Shown here: one piece after another, positions 8,410 through 18,833 of the stretch | Position numbering within the stretch: the first letter of the stretch is position 1 | Layout of the letters: every line of letters starts with the position of its first letter | NCBI GenBank assembly: GCA_963719515.1 | Contig: CAVRCJ010000010.1 | Span: 704,001 to 768,000, forward strand | Reading direction: 5' to 3' | Length of the DNA: 64,000 nucleotides | Source: an uncultured cyanobacterium | GTDB lineage: Bacteria > Cyanobacteriota > Cyanobacteriia > CAKZMO01 | Program-made: the position numbers and the translations under genes | Notes under the pieces: generated by a model | Seen by the model: only the letters and a program-made list of their open reading frames with translations | Told to the model about the DNA's origin: nothing | Databases searched by the model: none

Positions 8410-11400
8410 ATGCATACCATCACGATTAGCGATCGCCACCAGAGCGATCAGGGCTTTGAAGCCACAGTGAGCTTTGACTACGAAAGCGAATACCCTATCA
8501 CGGTCGCGAATCCGGTCAGTGAGGACGTAGAGAGCCTGGCAGAGCACGCTAAACAACAGACTGACCTATCTCAGGCAAAGAAAGGTGGCCTAGGCAGCCG
8601 CAAAGACTACGGCGAGCAGCTTTTTAACCAGATCTTTCACAGCAGCGAAGCCGCTTACGCTCAGTACCGTCAACTGCGCGATCGCTTCAGTCAGCTCGAA
8701 ATCAGCATCGAAAGCCAGTCCCTCGAATTTCAGGCCATACATTGGGAAGCGCTGCGAGACCCAGAGCTAGAGGAGCCGCTAGCGACACAATGTACTTTGG
8801 TCCGTAGACTGGGTTCCCCTGAGTCGCTCTACGACGGCATGGAGGCTTCGCCTTACCTAGACCTACTGTTGGTGACGGCGCGACCAGGAAACGACCCGAA
8901 TGCGGACCCCCGGACGATGGCCCGCCCCATTGTGGAAGCGATCGAGAGAGCCCAGCTGCCGGTGAGAGTGGAGCTGCTGCGGCCCGCCACCTACGAAGCG
9001 CTAGAGAACCACCTGCAGGGCAAAGAGGGCTATTATCACATCGTCCACTTCGATGCTCAGGGCACGCTGCTCACCTGTACGCAACTGCAGGCGATGAGCG
9101 GTGGGGGAGCGCCTGCGGCGGATCAAGATTCGGCGTCCGAAAGCAGCCCAATTCCCAAATATGAGGACCGAAAGGCCTTTTTGCTACTGGAGGGGGGCGG
9201 AAGGGGCACCGCTACCCTAGTGGATGTGGACCGCTTAGCGCTGCTGCTGCGGGAGAAATCAGTGCCGCTGTGTCTGCTCAACGACTGTCAACCGCTGACA
9301 AACTTTTCACAGGACAGCATCGCTAGCCACTTAATGGTCGCTGGGGTGCGTACGGTGGTAGCGATGGGCGACCTGGCGGAAGCGGGGACGACGTTTCTAG
9401 AGCATCTGTACGCCCAGCTGCTGGCGGGTCAGCTGCCGCACGATGCTGTATACAAAGCGAGGCGATCGCTTTACGAGCGTCAGCGGCATTCCCCAATTCA
9501 ACAGCTTGTCAATACAGAAGACTGGCTACTTCCCGCAGTCTACTGCAGCGAAGATGTAGACCTCAACCTGCGGGAGCTGACGCCCCAAGAGGCGGCTTTC
9601 TTCGAGGCGCAGAAGCAGCCGTCTTCCGAAGCGCCAGAGGCTGACGCGCCAGTTCCCGAAGCGCCAAGCCCTAGAGCGCTAAGCCCTAAAGCACTGGGCC
9701 AGAGCCTCCTGGGGCGCGACCTGGACATCCTCAAAGTAGAGCGCGCCTTGGACCGCCACAACATTCTGCTGCTGCTGGGCGAGGCAGGCGTGGGCAAAAC
9801 GGCGCTGCTCCACCATCTGCGGTGGTGGTGGCCAACCATCCGTTTCGCCGAAAAGCTATTCTACTTTGACTGTGACGAGCGGCCTCAGACAGTGGAGCAG
9901 ATTGTGTCTGACCTCAGTCAGGAGCTCTACAACCCGCTTGAGCTCAAAGAGTTTCAGGCCCTGCCGCTGCCGAAGCAAATCGATCGACTGGGTGAATTAC
10001 TGCGGGCAAATCGCTACCTGTTAATGCTTGACGGCCTAACGGCGTTGACGGCGCATTCCCCGGAGATATCGGCTGTCTTGGCCTCGCACCAGCGGCAGGC
10101 GCTGAAGTATTGCCTACAGGTGCTAGCGGGAGGGCTGACGAAAGTGCTGCTAACCTCCCGCAGCCCAGCGCCGTGGCTAGAGGCGGAGCTGAGCCCACCC
10201 GGCGATGGGGCTAGCGGTATCACTCGCCATGTCCTCAGAAGACTGGTACCAGATGCGCGGTTGCCTTTGGCCCGATCTATTTTAGGGGCGCAGAGAGACG
10301 AGAAGGCGATCGCGGCCCTCAGCCAAGATCCAGGCTTTGAGCCGCTGATCGCTCTGCTATCTGGAAGCCCGCTGGCGATGAAGGTGGTGCTGCCCCAGCT
10401 TCGGCAGCAGACGCCCAGGGAGGTGCTCGCGGAACTTCAGGCCCAACCAGAATCCCTCCCAGATCGAGCTGACGCTTCGCTGACGGAAAAGATTATCGAG
10501 TGCGCCGCGTATTTTCACGCTCACCCCTCTCCCAAAGCGCAGCTCCTGCTCCTGGGGCTGGCTCCCTTTAAAGGCGGCTTTAGGCAAGATTTCTTGCCGG
10601 AGTATTTCCAGCAGCTCAAGCAGCACAACTTGTTTCAAGACTATTCCTTCGAGCAATTTGAGGCGGCGATCGCGGAGGCAATCAGTAAAGGGCTGCTGTC
10701 GCGGCTAGCGGAAGATCAGCCGCAGATGCTGGCGATTCAGCCGGTGTTGTCCTACTTTCTAGGCGCAAAGCTAAGAACGCTAGGCCCGCAAACTCAGTGG
10801 GGACTGCGGCAGGCTTTTAAGACCCACTACCGGAAAACGAGCGGTCACTACCGGAGCTTGATTAACTCCACGGCGGGGCACGAGCGCCGAATTGGGCTGG
10901 CCTGCTGTCGTTTGGAATACGAGAATCTCTCTCAGGCCCTGAAAATTTGCCTGGAGGAGCAAGACTCAATTGATATCTTCTATGCTCTGAGGGATTTCTT
11001 GAGAATTAACCATGACCTCAAGGGCGGGGTTGCCCTATCGCAGTTTGTCTACGACAAGCTGACGCAGTATCCCGAAACGGTGAAGGTGGGGAAATTGGGG
11101 CTAGATACCGCCATGGTGGCTGGCGACTTGGCAACCTGCCACTTACTCTCTAAAAACTACCCATCGGCAGAAGAGCTGTATTGGGAGGCCATCACGCTCG
11201 CCGAAGCGCTGACGGGAATCGAGGAGAAATCGAGGCAGCTCAAGCTGCTGGCCGTGAGCTTCCATCAGCTGGGAATCGTTGAGCAAAAGCAAAAGCGATG
11301 GGAGCAGGCGAAAGGCCACTTTACCCAGTCGCTGACCATCAAGGCGAAGTATGAAGACACCTACGGCCAAGCCTGTACGTATCATCAGCTCGGCGTTGTC

Positions 11401-12318
11401 GCTCAGCAGCAGTGGCAGTGGCAGCAGGCGATTGAGTACTTTGACCAGGCGCTGACGATCAAAATTGAATCCGGGGATTTTCCGGGTCAGGCGAATACGT
11501 ACTATCAGCTTGGCGTTGTGGCCCAAGAGCAGCGGCAGTGGCAGCAGGCGATCGCCTACTTTAACCAAGCGCTGGCGATCAAGATCAAGTACGGCGATCG
11601 CTTCGGCCAGGCTCGAATGTATGACCGTCTGGGGACGATTGCCCAGGAGCAGCGGCAGTGGCAGCAGGCCACAGAGGACTACACGCTGGCGCTGAGCATT
11701 TATGGCGAGTCTGGCGACCGGGCGGGTCAGGCTCGGACCTATCACAATCTAGGCGTTGTCTCCCAAGAGCGGCGACAGTGGCAGCAGGCGACCCGCCACT
11801 ACGAGCAAGCGCTTGAACTCTACATTGAGCAGAGCGATCACCCCAGTCAGGCCCGCACCCACTACAATTTGGGCGCCGTGCTGCGGGAGCAGCGGCAGTG
11901 GCAGCAGGCGACAGTCCACTGCCATCAGGCCCTAGACCGCTACGTTGAGCAGGGCGATCGCGCCGGTCAGGCGCAGACCTATTTTCAGCTGGGTCTTTTG
12001 ACCCAAGAGCAGCAGCGCTGGTCTCCAGCGAAAGATAGCTATGGCAAAGCCCTGGCGATTTATACCGAGTTTGGCGATCGCTACAGTCAGGCGCGCGTCT
12101 ATTCTCAGCTGGGCCACCTCGCGGAGGCCTGCGGCGACTGGCCGATGGCGGCGGAGCACTACCTGGAAGATTTGCGCATCACCATAGAGTTTCAGGACGA
12201 AGCGGGGCGACAAGTTTCGACGCAAAACGTGGCGCGGGTTTACCGGGAGTACCGTGAAGAGGGGTTTTTGGCCCGGGCCACTGAGATTTTGGAGCAGCAT
12301 GCGGAGGAGCTGGGATAA
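8410..12318 (+). CDS. CHAT-like domain + STAND (NB-ARC-like) NTPase + TPR repeat protein
   Basis: IHWEALRDP, HIVHFDAQG and LLNDCQ (CHAT-like). Walker A GEAGVGKT, Walker B LLMLDGL. 40-aa TPR units in the C-terminal third. Confidence 0.85.
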   Translation: MHTITISDRHQSDQGFEATVSFDYESEYPITVANPVSEDVESLAEHAKQQTDLSQAKKGGLGSRKDYGEQLFNQIFHSSEAAYAQYRQLRDRFSQLEISIESQSLEFQAIHWEALRDPELEEPLATQCTLVRRLGSPESLYDGMEASPYLDLLLVTARPGNDPNADPRTMARPIVEAIERAQLPVRVELLRPATYEALENHLQGKEGYYHIVHFDAQGTLLTCTQLQAMSGGGAPAADQDSASESSPIPKYEDRKAFLLLEGGGRGTATLVDVDRLALLLREKSVPLCLLNDCQPLTNFSQDSIASHLMVAGVRTVVAMGDLAEAGTTFLEHLYAQLLAGQLPHDAVYKARRSLYERQRHSPIQQLVNTEDWLLPAVYCSEDVDLNLRELTPQEAAFFEAQKQPSSEAPEADAPVPEAPSPRALSPKALGQSLLGRDLDILKVERALDRHNILLLLGEAGVGKTALLHHLRWWWPTIRFAEKLFYFDCDERPQTVEQIVSDLSQELYNPLELKEFQALPLPKQIDRLGELLRANRYLLMLDGLTALTAHSPEISAVLASHQRQALKYCLQVLAGGLTKVLLTSRSPAPWLEAELSPPGDGASGITRHVLRRLVPDARLPLARSILGAQRDEKAIAALSQDPGFEPLIALLSGSPLAMKVVLPQLRQQTPREVLAELQAQPESLPDRADASLTEKIIECAAYFHAHPSPKAQLLLLGLAPFKGGFRQDFLPEYFQQLKQHNLFQDYSFEQFEAAIAEAISKGLLSRLAEDQPQMLAIQPVLSYFLGAKLRTLGPQTQWGLRQAFKTHYRKTSGHYRSLINSTAGHERRIGLACCRLEYENLSQALKICLEEQDSIDIFYALRDFLRINHDLKGGVALSQFVYDKLTQYPETVKVGKLGLDTAMVAGDLATCHLLSKNYPSAEELYWEAITLAEALTGIEEKSRQLKLLAVSFHQLGIVEQKQKRWEQAKGHFTQSLTIKAKYEDTYGQACTYHQLGVVAQQQWQWQQAIEYFDQALTIKIESGDFPGQANTYYQLGVVAQEQRQWQQAIAYFNQALAIKIKYGDRFGQARMYDRLGTIAQEQRQWQQATEDYTLALSIYGESGDRAGQARTYHNLGVVSQERRQWQQATRHYEQALELYIEQSDHPSQARTHYNLGAVLREQRQWQQATVHCHQALDRYVEQGDRAGQAQTYFQLGLLTQEQQRWSPAKDSYGKALAIYTEFGDRYSQARVYSQLGHLAEACGDWPMAAEHYLEDLRITIEFQDEAGRQVSTQNVARVYREYREEGFLARATEILEQHAEELG
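11260..12130 (+). repeat. 120-nt periodic tandem units encoding TPRs
   Basis: GAGCAGCGGCAGTGGCAGCAGGC-like block recurs near 11407, 11527, 11647, 11767 and 11887. Confidence 0.85.
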
Positions 12319-12332
12319 GGCGGTGGAGGGAT

Positions 12333-13016
12333 TTAACGAAAGAACCGCTTCCCCTCAAATTCGATCACCTGTCCCTCCGCCACTGCATAAGCCGTCGTCC
12401 CCGGCGTCAAAGGCATCTCGTATCCTCCGGTAAACTCTCCAAAAGACGGCAGAATGAGCGTCTGCGATCGCTTGTCCCAATGGAAGCAGGGCAGTCGCAG
12501 GGTGTCTACCGCCGACCGCAGCCGCACGCAGGGATGAATATGACCGCAGATATTGAGCTGCAGGTCGGCGCTGGGAAGGACCTCTGGGGCGTGGGAGAGC
12601 CACAGCCCCGCAAAGGCGGTTTCGGTAACCACCGTGAGGTGCGACGGCATGGCCGCGACGCAGGCGTCTAAAAGCCGCCGGTCGTGATTACCTACTACCA
12701 GCTCTACCGCCATATCACGACGGCCTAAGAAGTCTGCCCAAGGCTTGAGCACCTCCTCTACTAGCCCCAGCTTTGAATGGAACCAATCTCCGAGAATGAA
12801 CAGTCGCTCGGGCCGTAGGCGATCGCAGAGCTGCACCAGCCGGTCTAGGGTGGTTTGGCTTACCTGCGTCGAGATGGGAATGCCAAAGCGCTGGAACGTT
12901 TCGGATTTGCCCACGTGCAAATCGGCCACCAGCAGCGATCGCTGCTCTGGAAGATACACTGCCCGCTCCGCCAGCAGCTGCAGCGTTAGCGAGCGAACCT
13001 GGATGTGCATGGGCAT
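12333..13016 (-). CDS. pdeM: ligase-associated DNA damage response metallophosphoesterase/endonuclease (PdeM-like)
   Basis: DLHVGK, GDWFH, GNHD, GHIHP and LPSFGEFTGG motifs. Confidence 0.82.
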   Translation of the reverse strand: MPMHIQVRSLTLQLLAERAVYLPEQRSLLVADLHVGKSETFQRFGIPISTQVSQTTLDRLVQLCDRLRPERLFILGDWFHSKLGLVEEVLKPWADFLGRRDMAVELVVGNHDRRLLDACVAAMPSHLTVVTETAFAGLWLSHAPEVLPSADLQLNICGHIHPCVRLRSAVDTLRLPCFHWDKRSQTLILPSFGEFTGGYEMPLTPGTTAYAVAEGQVIEFEGKRFFR

Positions 13017-13048
13017 TCGGGCTAGCAACTATCTCACCATATCTCGAC

Positions 13049-13210
13049 TTGGTGGTCCTATCTTCACTGCCCGCCTGTCCAAGCTACGACTCTAATCAAG
13101 TCGTCAAGAACGGCAGCATCCATACCGGCAAACAAAACCACAAGTGCAAAGCTTGCGGACGCCAATTCGTGGAACACCTTGAGAACAAGCTCATCGACAG
13201 AACTACGTCA
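13049..13210 (+). pseudogene. IS1-family InsA zinc-ribbon fragment, cut by the TnpB element
   Basis: CPSYDSNQVVKNGSIHTGKQNHKCKACGRQFVE, with the second Cys lost; ends at the TnpB right end. Confidence 0.75.
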
Positions 13211-14400
13211 TTGACTACTCCCGCGGCTAAAGCGCGTGGGATTCCCCGGTCACCCGAGGAGGGTTCTGCTTCGTAGCACCTGCCTTCCGAGATTTGCTCT
13301 CTATGCGCGAAGCGCAGGCTTCGCCAACGGGTCTTACGGTCGCTCCACAGACTGACACCGTTAGACCAGCGGCCAATACGTTTACAGCAGCGTTTACGTC
13401 TCTATCGTGCTTCACGTCGCACTCAGGGCACTGCCACTCTCGAACGTTCAACGGCAGCTTATCTACGACATGGCCGCAGCTGCCACAGCGCTTAGAGCTA
13501 GGGAACCATCGGTCTATCTTAACCAGCTCCCGCCCGTACCACTCGCACTTGTAGGTAAGCTGCCGCACCAGCTCCCCCCAGCTTGCATCACTGATAGCGC
13601 GCGCCAAAGAGTGATTACGGACCATGTTCCCCACTGCCAAGTCCTCGACGGCGATCGCTTGGTTTTCGCGCACCAGCCGGGTTGTCAGCTTGTGTTCGCG
13701 AAGCGTCCCGAAGGGAAGCAGGTCTTTGCGGGCATCGGCTATCTCGGCGTGGACCCTAGCCACCCTGAGCCGCGCTTTGTATCGGTTGTTCGAGCCCTCT
13801 TGCTTGCGGCTGAGAGCCTTTTGAGCTTTTCGTAGCTTGCGGTACTTAGCTCTAAAGCCTTTGGGGTTGGTAATCTTCTCGCCTGTGCTCAGCGTGACCA
13901 GACTGGTGATGCCCATGTCCAGGCCAACTTTGTTAGGAGATACCGGCAGTGGCTCAATATTCACCTCCACCAACAGCGACACAAACCACCGGCCTGCAGG
14001 CGTCAGCTTCACCGTGATAGTCGATGGTGCGGCATCTTTCGGAAGCTGACGAGACCATCGAATAGGCAGAGGTTTAGAGCACTTAGCCAAGTAGACTTGA
14101 ACGCCCCTAAACTTGAACGCCGCCTTGGTAAACTCCGCGCTACCGCCGTTGCGCTTCTTTTTGAAGCTGGGATAGTTGGCCCGACCTGCAAAGAAGTTAG
14201 TGAAGGCGGTCTGCAGGTGCCTCAGCCCTTGCTGAAGGGGAACCGAGCTAACCTCAGTAAGAAATTCGAGGCCCTCCTCTTTTTTCCACTGGGTCAGCAT
14301 CGACGAGGTCTGAGCGTAGCCGACGCGCTCTTGCTTCTGGTACCAAGCCTCAGTCCTTGCCGCCAAAGCGCGGTTGTAGACCAGGCAAGTACACCCCAAT
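13211..14400 (-). mobile_element. 5'-truncated IS200/IS605-family TnpB element
   Basis: Right end GAAT-hairpin-TCAA terminating at 13211; no left end or tnpA seen. Confidence 0.8.
13227..14400 (-). pseudogene. tnpB: TnpB lacking its normal N-terminus and carrying two short in-frame insertions
   Basis: Homology begins at LGCTCLVYNRAL. RuvC GLDMG, AVEDL, DRDVNAA. Zn finger CGSC/CPEC. Confidence 0.8.
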
Positions 14401-14508
14401 ATCGAGGACCGCAGCCGAACATGAGCAAAACAATTCCCGCGGCATCCCAGACCTGAGATTAGCGATCGCTCCCCCCAATACCCTTCCCAAAAAGCACCCA
14501 TACAAATC

Positions 14509-14534
14509 AAAAAGCGCCTCCCAAAGGAGGCGCT
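14509..14534 (-). terminator. psbA intrinsic terminator
   Basis: Minus-strand AGCGCCTCC-TTTG-GGAGGCGCT followed by a T tract. Confidence 0.8.
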
Positions 14535-14572
14535 CTTCTAATTAACTCAGGCTAGCTGAGCTGTCTTTGGTC

Positions 14573-15637
14573 CTAGCCGTTGATAGCAGGTGCCTCAGCA
14601 GCAGCAAGGTCAAGCGGGAAGTTGTGAGCGTTGCGCTCGTGCATCACTTCCATACCCAGGTTGGCGCGGTTGATGATGTCCGCCCAGGTGTTGATGACCC
14701 GGCCCTGGCTGTCTAGAACAGACTGGTTGAAGTTGAACCCGTTCAGGTTGAACGCCATCGTGCTGATGCCCAGCGCCGTGAACCAGATGCCTACGACAGG
14801 CCACGCGCCCAAGAAGAAGTGCAGTGCGCGGGAGTTGTTGAAGATGGCGTATTGGAAGATGAGGCGGCCGAAGTAGCCGTGCGCTGCAACGATGTTGTAG
14901 GTCTCTTCTTCTTGACCGAACTTGTAGCCGTAGTTCTGCGACTCAGACTCAGTCGTCTCTCGCACCAGTGAAGAGGTCACCAGTGAACCGTGCATCGCGC
15001 TGAACAGTGCTCCGCCGAAGACGCCTGCCACACCTAGCATGTGGAAGGGGTGCATCAGAATGTTGTGCTCTGCCTGGAACACGAACATGAAGTTGAACGT
15101 ACCCGAGATGCCCAGTGGCATGCCGTCAGAGAATGAACCCTGTCCGATGGGGTAGATGAGGAAGACTGCAGATGCCGCTGCAACAGGTGCACTGTAGGCA
15201 ACGCAAATCCAGGGGCGCATGCCCAGACGGTAGGATAGTTCCCACTCGCGGCCCATGTAGCAGAAGACGCCAATCAGGAAGTGGAATACCACCAGCTGGT
15301 AAGGTCCGCCGTTGTACAGCCACTCGTCGAGTGATGCTGCTTCCCAGATGGGGTAGAAGTGTAGGCCAATTGCGTTGGATGACGGAACAATCGCACCAGA
15401 GATGATGTTGTTGCCGTACATCAGTGAACCTGCAACAGGCTCGCGGATGCCGTCGATGTCGACAGGAGGAGCCGCCACGAAGGCGATGAGGAAGCAGGTA
15501 GTAGCAGCTAAGAGAGTCGGAATCATCAGGACGCCGAACCAGCCTACGTAGAGGCGGTTGTTGGTGCTGGTGACCCACTCGCAGAACTGCTGCCATACGT
15601 TAGCGCTAGTAGAGCGCTGCTGTAGGGTAGTTGTCAT
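14573..15637 (-). CDS. psbA: photosystem II D1 protein (Glu130, D1:2-type)
   Basis: Unmistakable D1 sequence ([30 protein letters not shown]). Confidence 0.99.
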   Translation of the reverse strand: MTTTLQQRSTSANVWQQFCEWVTSTNNRLYVGWFGVLMIPTLLAATTCFLIAFVAAPPVDIDGIREPVAGSLMYGNNIISGAIVPSSNAIGLHFYPIWEAASLDEWLYNGGPYQLVVFHFLIGVFCYMGREWELSYRLGMRPWICVAYSAPVAAASAVFLIYPIGQGSFSDGMPLGISGTFNFMFVFQAEHNILMHPFHMLGVAGVFGGALFSAMHGSLVTSSLVRETTESESQNYGYKFGQEEETYNIVAAHGYFGRLIFQYAIFNNSRALHFFLGAWPVVGIWFTALGISTMAFNLNGFNFNQSVLDSQGRVINTWADIINRANLGMEVMHERNAHNFPLDLAAAEAPAING

Positions 15638-15712
15638 AATTGCGGTTGGTGTTATTGATTGGATGTATTAGGTGGGAGGTCTGTAACCGTTTCGTTACTT
15701 CCCACTGATTTA

Positions 15713-15741
15713 ATACTAACAGGTTTGTAACAGAAAGTAAA
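15713..15741 (-). promoter_or_regulatory. psbA promoter overlapping an HLR1 (RpaB) site
   Basis: -35 TTTACT (15741-15736), 17-bp spacer, -10 TAGTAT (15718-15713). HLR1-like TTTACTTT-CT-GTTACAAA at 15741-15724. Confidence 0.7.
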
Positions 15742-15815
15742 GCGATCGCTGCTCAGCTTTAAGCTTTTGTTCCGGTTTTTGGCCTATTCAGGGCGTATTG
15801 GCAGGGGCCCGTCCC

Positions 15816-16739
15816 TCAAGACTGCGGTTCTGCGTCTCCCGGTTCCGTATCTCCCAGCAAAATCGCCGTCATGCCGCCAACGCAGATCAGCACGATCCCC
15901 ACGGCCACAAGCATGTCGGGGGTTTCGTTGAAAAAAGTCCAGCCGATGATTGCAGAGAACGCCACCGAGCTGTACTGAAAAACCCCCACCTGCTGGGGGG
16001 CCGCGTAGGAAAAGGCCTTGATGAGCGAGAACTGCACGCTGAGAAGCGCGATCGCCGCCCCGCCCATCCAAAGCCACGTCGTCAGGCTGGGCATCCGCAG
16101 GTGCCACAGGGCAAAAGCAAAGGCCATCACCCAACCCACCGTGAGGTAGTAGAGAATCTGGGTGAAGGCGGGCTCGCTCTGATTCAGCCGCCGCACCGTC
16201 AGGAACTCGATCGCCCCGGCGATCGCCGCCGCGAGGGCCAGCAGGGTTCCGGGTTGACTTAAAATTGACGTGCTCGGCTGCACCACGACAAGCAGCCCCA
16301 CAAACCCAATGGCGATCGCCGCCCACAGCCCGCGCGAAACGTCTTGGCCGAGCGCGACCCAGGCGATTACGGGAATCAATATAGGGATGGTGTTAATTAA
16401 AACCGTCGCGTTCACCAAGTCAATCAGCTTAACTGAAGTGAAAAACAGCAGGAAGCCAGAGGCCCCCGCTACTCCCCGCATCAGGTGCAGCGGCAGCACC
16501 TCGGTCTTAAAGTCGCGCCCCCTTCTCCAGATCACGGCAGGAAGCAGGATAAGCAGCACTAAAGAGAACACATACAGCGTGAACTGTGGTCCGCCTAGGT
16601 CTTCCCGAACGACTTTGGCAATTGAGCTTTGTACGGTGTTCATAAAAAACGCCAGCGTCATCAAGCTCGCCCCGAACACCAGGTTTGACGGCTGCTCGGA
16701 AGAGGCGCTAGCGTTTTGAGCGACGGTATCTTGTACCAC
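15816..16739 (-). CDS. DMT/EamA family transporter
   Basis: About 10 hydrophobic segments in two EamA-like halves. Confidence 0.88.
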   Translation of the reverse strand: MVQDTVAQNASASSEQPSNLVFGASLMTLAFFMNTVQSSIAKVVREDLGGPQFTLYVFSLVLLILLPAVIWRRGRDFKTEVLPLHLMRGVAGASGFLLFFTSVKLIDLVNATVLINTIPILIPVIAWVALGQDVSRGLWAAIAIGFVGLLVVVQPSTSILSQPGTLLALAAAIAGAIEFLTVRRLNQSEPAFTQILYYLTVGWVMAFAFALWHLRMPSLTTWLWMGGAAIALLSVQFSLIKAFSYAAPQQVGVFQYSSVAFSAIIGWTFFNETPDMLVAVGIVLICVGGMTAILLGDTEPGDAEPQS

Positions 16740-16755
16740 AAGGTCTCCTAAAGAA

Positions 16756-18561
16756 TTAGCCTAGCGCCGCCGCCATCCAGCCTTGAATCGTGGTTACTAC
16801 ATCACCTAGGGCAATGTCTTGCGCCTCGTGGGTGGCCCGCTTCACCACTTCGACTTTGCCCTGCTTGAGCGATCGCCCTGTCACCACTCGGTAGGGCACA
16901 CCAATCAGGTCGGCGTCTTTGAACTTAAAGCCAGCCCGGCTATCGCGGTCGTCCAGCAGGGTCTCAATGCCCGCCGCGTTGAGCTGAGCGTACAGATCTT
17001 CGGCGGCGCTCATCTGGGTCTCGTCGGTGATGTTGGGGACGATGACAATGGCGTGGTAAGGGGCGATCGCCACCGGCCAAATGATGCCGTCTTTGTCGTA
17101 GGACTGCTCCACGGCGGACTGGGCCAGCCGAGAGACGCCGACGCCGTAGCAGCCCATCACCAGGGGTTCCTCGCTACCCGACTCGGCGGCGAAAGTGGCC
17201 CCTAGCGCCTTGGAGTACTTGGTGCCCAGCTGAAAAATATGGCCAATTTCAATGCCCCGCGCCGACTGGATGGTTTGGCTGGGGTCATGCTTGGCGCGAT
17301 CGCCCACCGCCGCCGTGCGCAAGTCCACCACAGTTTTGGGCAAGGTAAACTCTTTTCCCCAGCTGGCCCCCACCACGTGGTAGCCCGACTCGTTGGAGCC
17401 GGTCACAAAGCTTCTTAGGTCTACAGCGGTGTGGTCCACCAGTCGCAGGAACTTGGGGGCCAGGCTTTCGGTTGACGTAATATAGTCATCCGACAGGTCC
17501 GGCGCGATGTATCCCAAGGGCAGTGGCTGCGACGCCCATTTCGCCTGCGCCTCGGCGTCGGGCACTTCTAGCGCAATCACCGCGCTGCCGCCGTAGTCTG
17601 CCGCCGCCTTGGTCAGCTCGTTATATAGCTTCGTCTCGTTGACGTCTTGGTCGCCGCGAATGCTCACCAACACCAGCACCGCCTTGCCGTTGTCGTAGGT
17701 CACCTGGTACAGGACGTTTTTAACGATTTGGGTGGGGGAGCACTTGAGGAATTTGGCCAGGGAGGCAATGGTGGGAGTGTTGGGGGTTTCTAGCTTTTCG
17801 TAGGTCTCGAAACTGGAGGGCACCGCATCGGTGGGCAAAGACACCGCCTTCTCCACGTTGGCGGCGTATTTTCCGTCCTCTGTATAGAGCACCTCGTCTT
17901 CCCCGGCCTCCGCCAGCACCATGAATTCCTGAGACCCGGAGCCGCCGATGGCCCCTGAGTCGGCGTCCACGGCCCGAAACGCCAGCCCGCAGCGCTTCAG
18001 GATTTTGCAGTAGGCGTCGTTCATGGCGGCGTAGGTCTTCTTTAGGTCTGCCTCGCTGCTGTGAAACGAGTAGGCGTCCTTCATAATGAACTCCCGCCCC
18101 CGCATCAGGCCAAATCGGGGCCGAATCTCGTCGCGAAACTTGGTTTGAATTTGGTAGAGATTGACGGGAAGCTGCCGGTAGGAGCGAATCATGTCCCGCG
18201 CCACGGCGGTAATCACCTCTTCGTGGGTAGGGCCGAGGCCCATCTCCTGGTCTAGGCGGTCGGTGAGGGAGAACATGATGCCCTCAGCCTTGGTATAGGT
18301 GTCCCAGCGGCCCGACTCCTGCCACAGCTCGGCGGGCTGAATCTGCGGCAGCAGACATTCCTGCGCCCCGGTGGCGTCCATCTCTTCGCGCACAATCTGC
18401 GACACCTTCTGCAGCACCCGCCACATCAGGGGCAGGTAGGCGTAGACGCCGCGAGCGATGCGGCGGATATAGCCCGCCCGCACCAGCAGCTTGTGGCTGG
18501 GAATTTCCGCTTCGGCTGGATCTTCTTTGAGGGTGACAAAGAGCATCTGGGACAGCCGCAT
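16756..18561 (-). CDS. proS: prolyl-tRNA synthetase
   Basis: [27 protein letters not shown] and MGCYGVG motifs; insertion editing domain. Confidence 0.98.
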   Translation of the reverse strand: MRLSQMLFVTLKEDPAEAEIPSHKLLVRAGYIRRIARGVYAYLPLMWRVLQKVSQIVREEMDATGAQECLLPQIQPAELWQESGRWDTYTKAEGIMFSLTDRLDQEMGLGPTHEEVITAVARDMIRSYRQLPVNLYQIQTKFRDEIRPRFGLMRGREFIMKDAYSFHSSEADLKKTYAAMNDAYCKILKRCGLAFRAVDADSGAIGGSGSQEFMVLAEAGEDEVLYTEDGKYAANVEKAVSLPTDAVPSSFETYEKLETPNTPTIASLAKFLKCSPTQIVKNVLYQVTYDNGKAVLVLVSIRGDQDVNETKLYNELTKAAADYGGSAVIALEVPDAEAQAKWASQPLPLGYIAPDLSDDYITSTESLAPKFLRLVDHTAVDLRSFVTGSNESGYHVVGASWGKEFTLPKTVVDLRTAAVGDRAKHDPSQTIQSARGIEIGHIFQLGTKYSKALGATFAAESGSEEPLVMGCYGVGVSRLAQSAVEQSYDKDGIIWPVAIAPYHAIVIVPNITDETQMSAAEDLYAQLNAAGIETLLDDRDSRAGFKFKDADLIGVPYRVVTGRSLKQGKVEVVKRATHEAQDIALGDVVTTIQGWMAAALG

Positions 18562-18833
18562 AGTCGTTTCCTTTGGGGTTCGGTGGAGGTCAGTTGAGGC
18601 TACTATAGCTTGTTTCTGTTCTCAATCTATTGCGTCATCCCTATCGCCTAAAACAGCGCTTTTGGCCCAAAACTTGACTTCAACCCCAGCTTTTGGACCC
18701 GACTTTACCGAGGGGGTAAGGCAGGCAATTGCCCTATCGCCTCAGGAATGAATCGGGACAGCTGCGGCAACCCGCTAAAATGGAATGCGGCGATCGCCTC
18801 TAGCTCCGCCCTATACACCTACCTGCACAATCT

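Noticed and set aside
11260..12130. Regularly spaced ~24-nt repeats resembling a CRISPR array
   Set aside because: Period is 120 nt, in frame within a TPR-coding ORF, the intervening sequences are homologous, and no cas genes are present
14401..14510. Apparent N-terminus of the second TnpB
   Set aside because: Does not resemble TnpB and runs into the psbA terminator region; more likely a deletion junction
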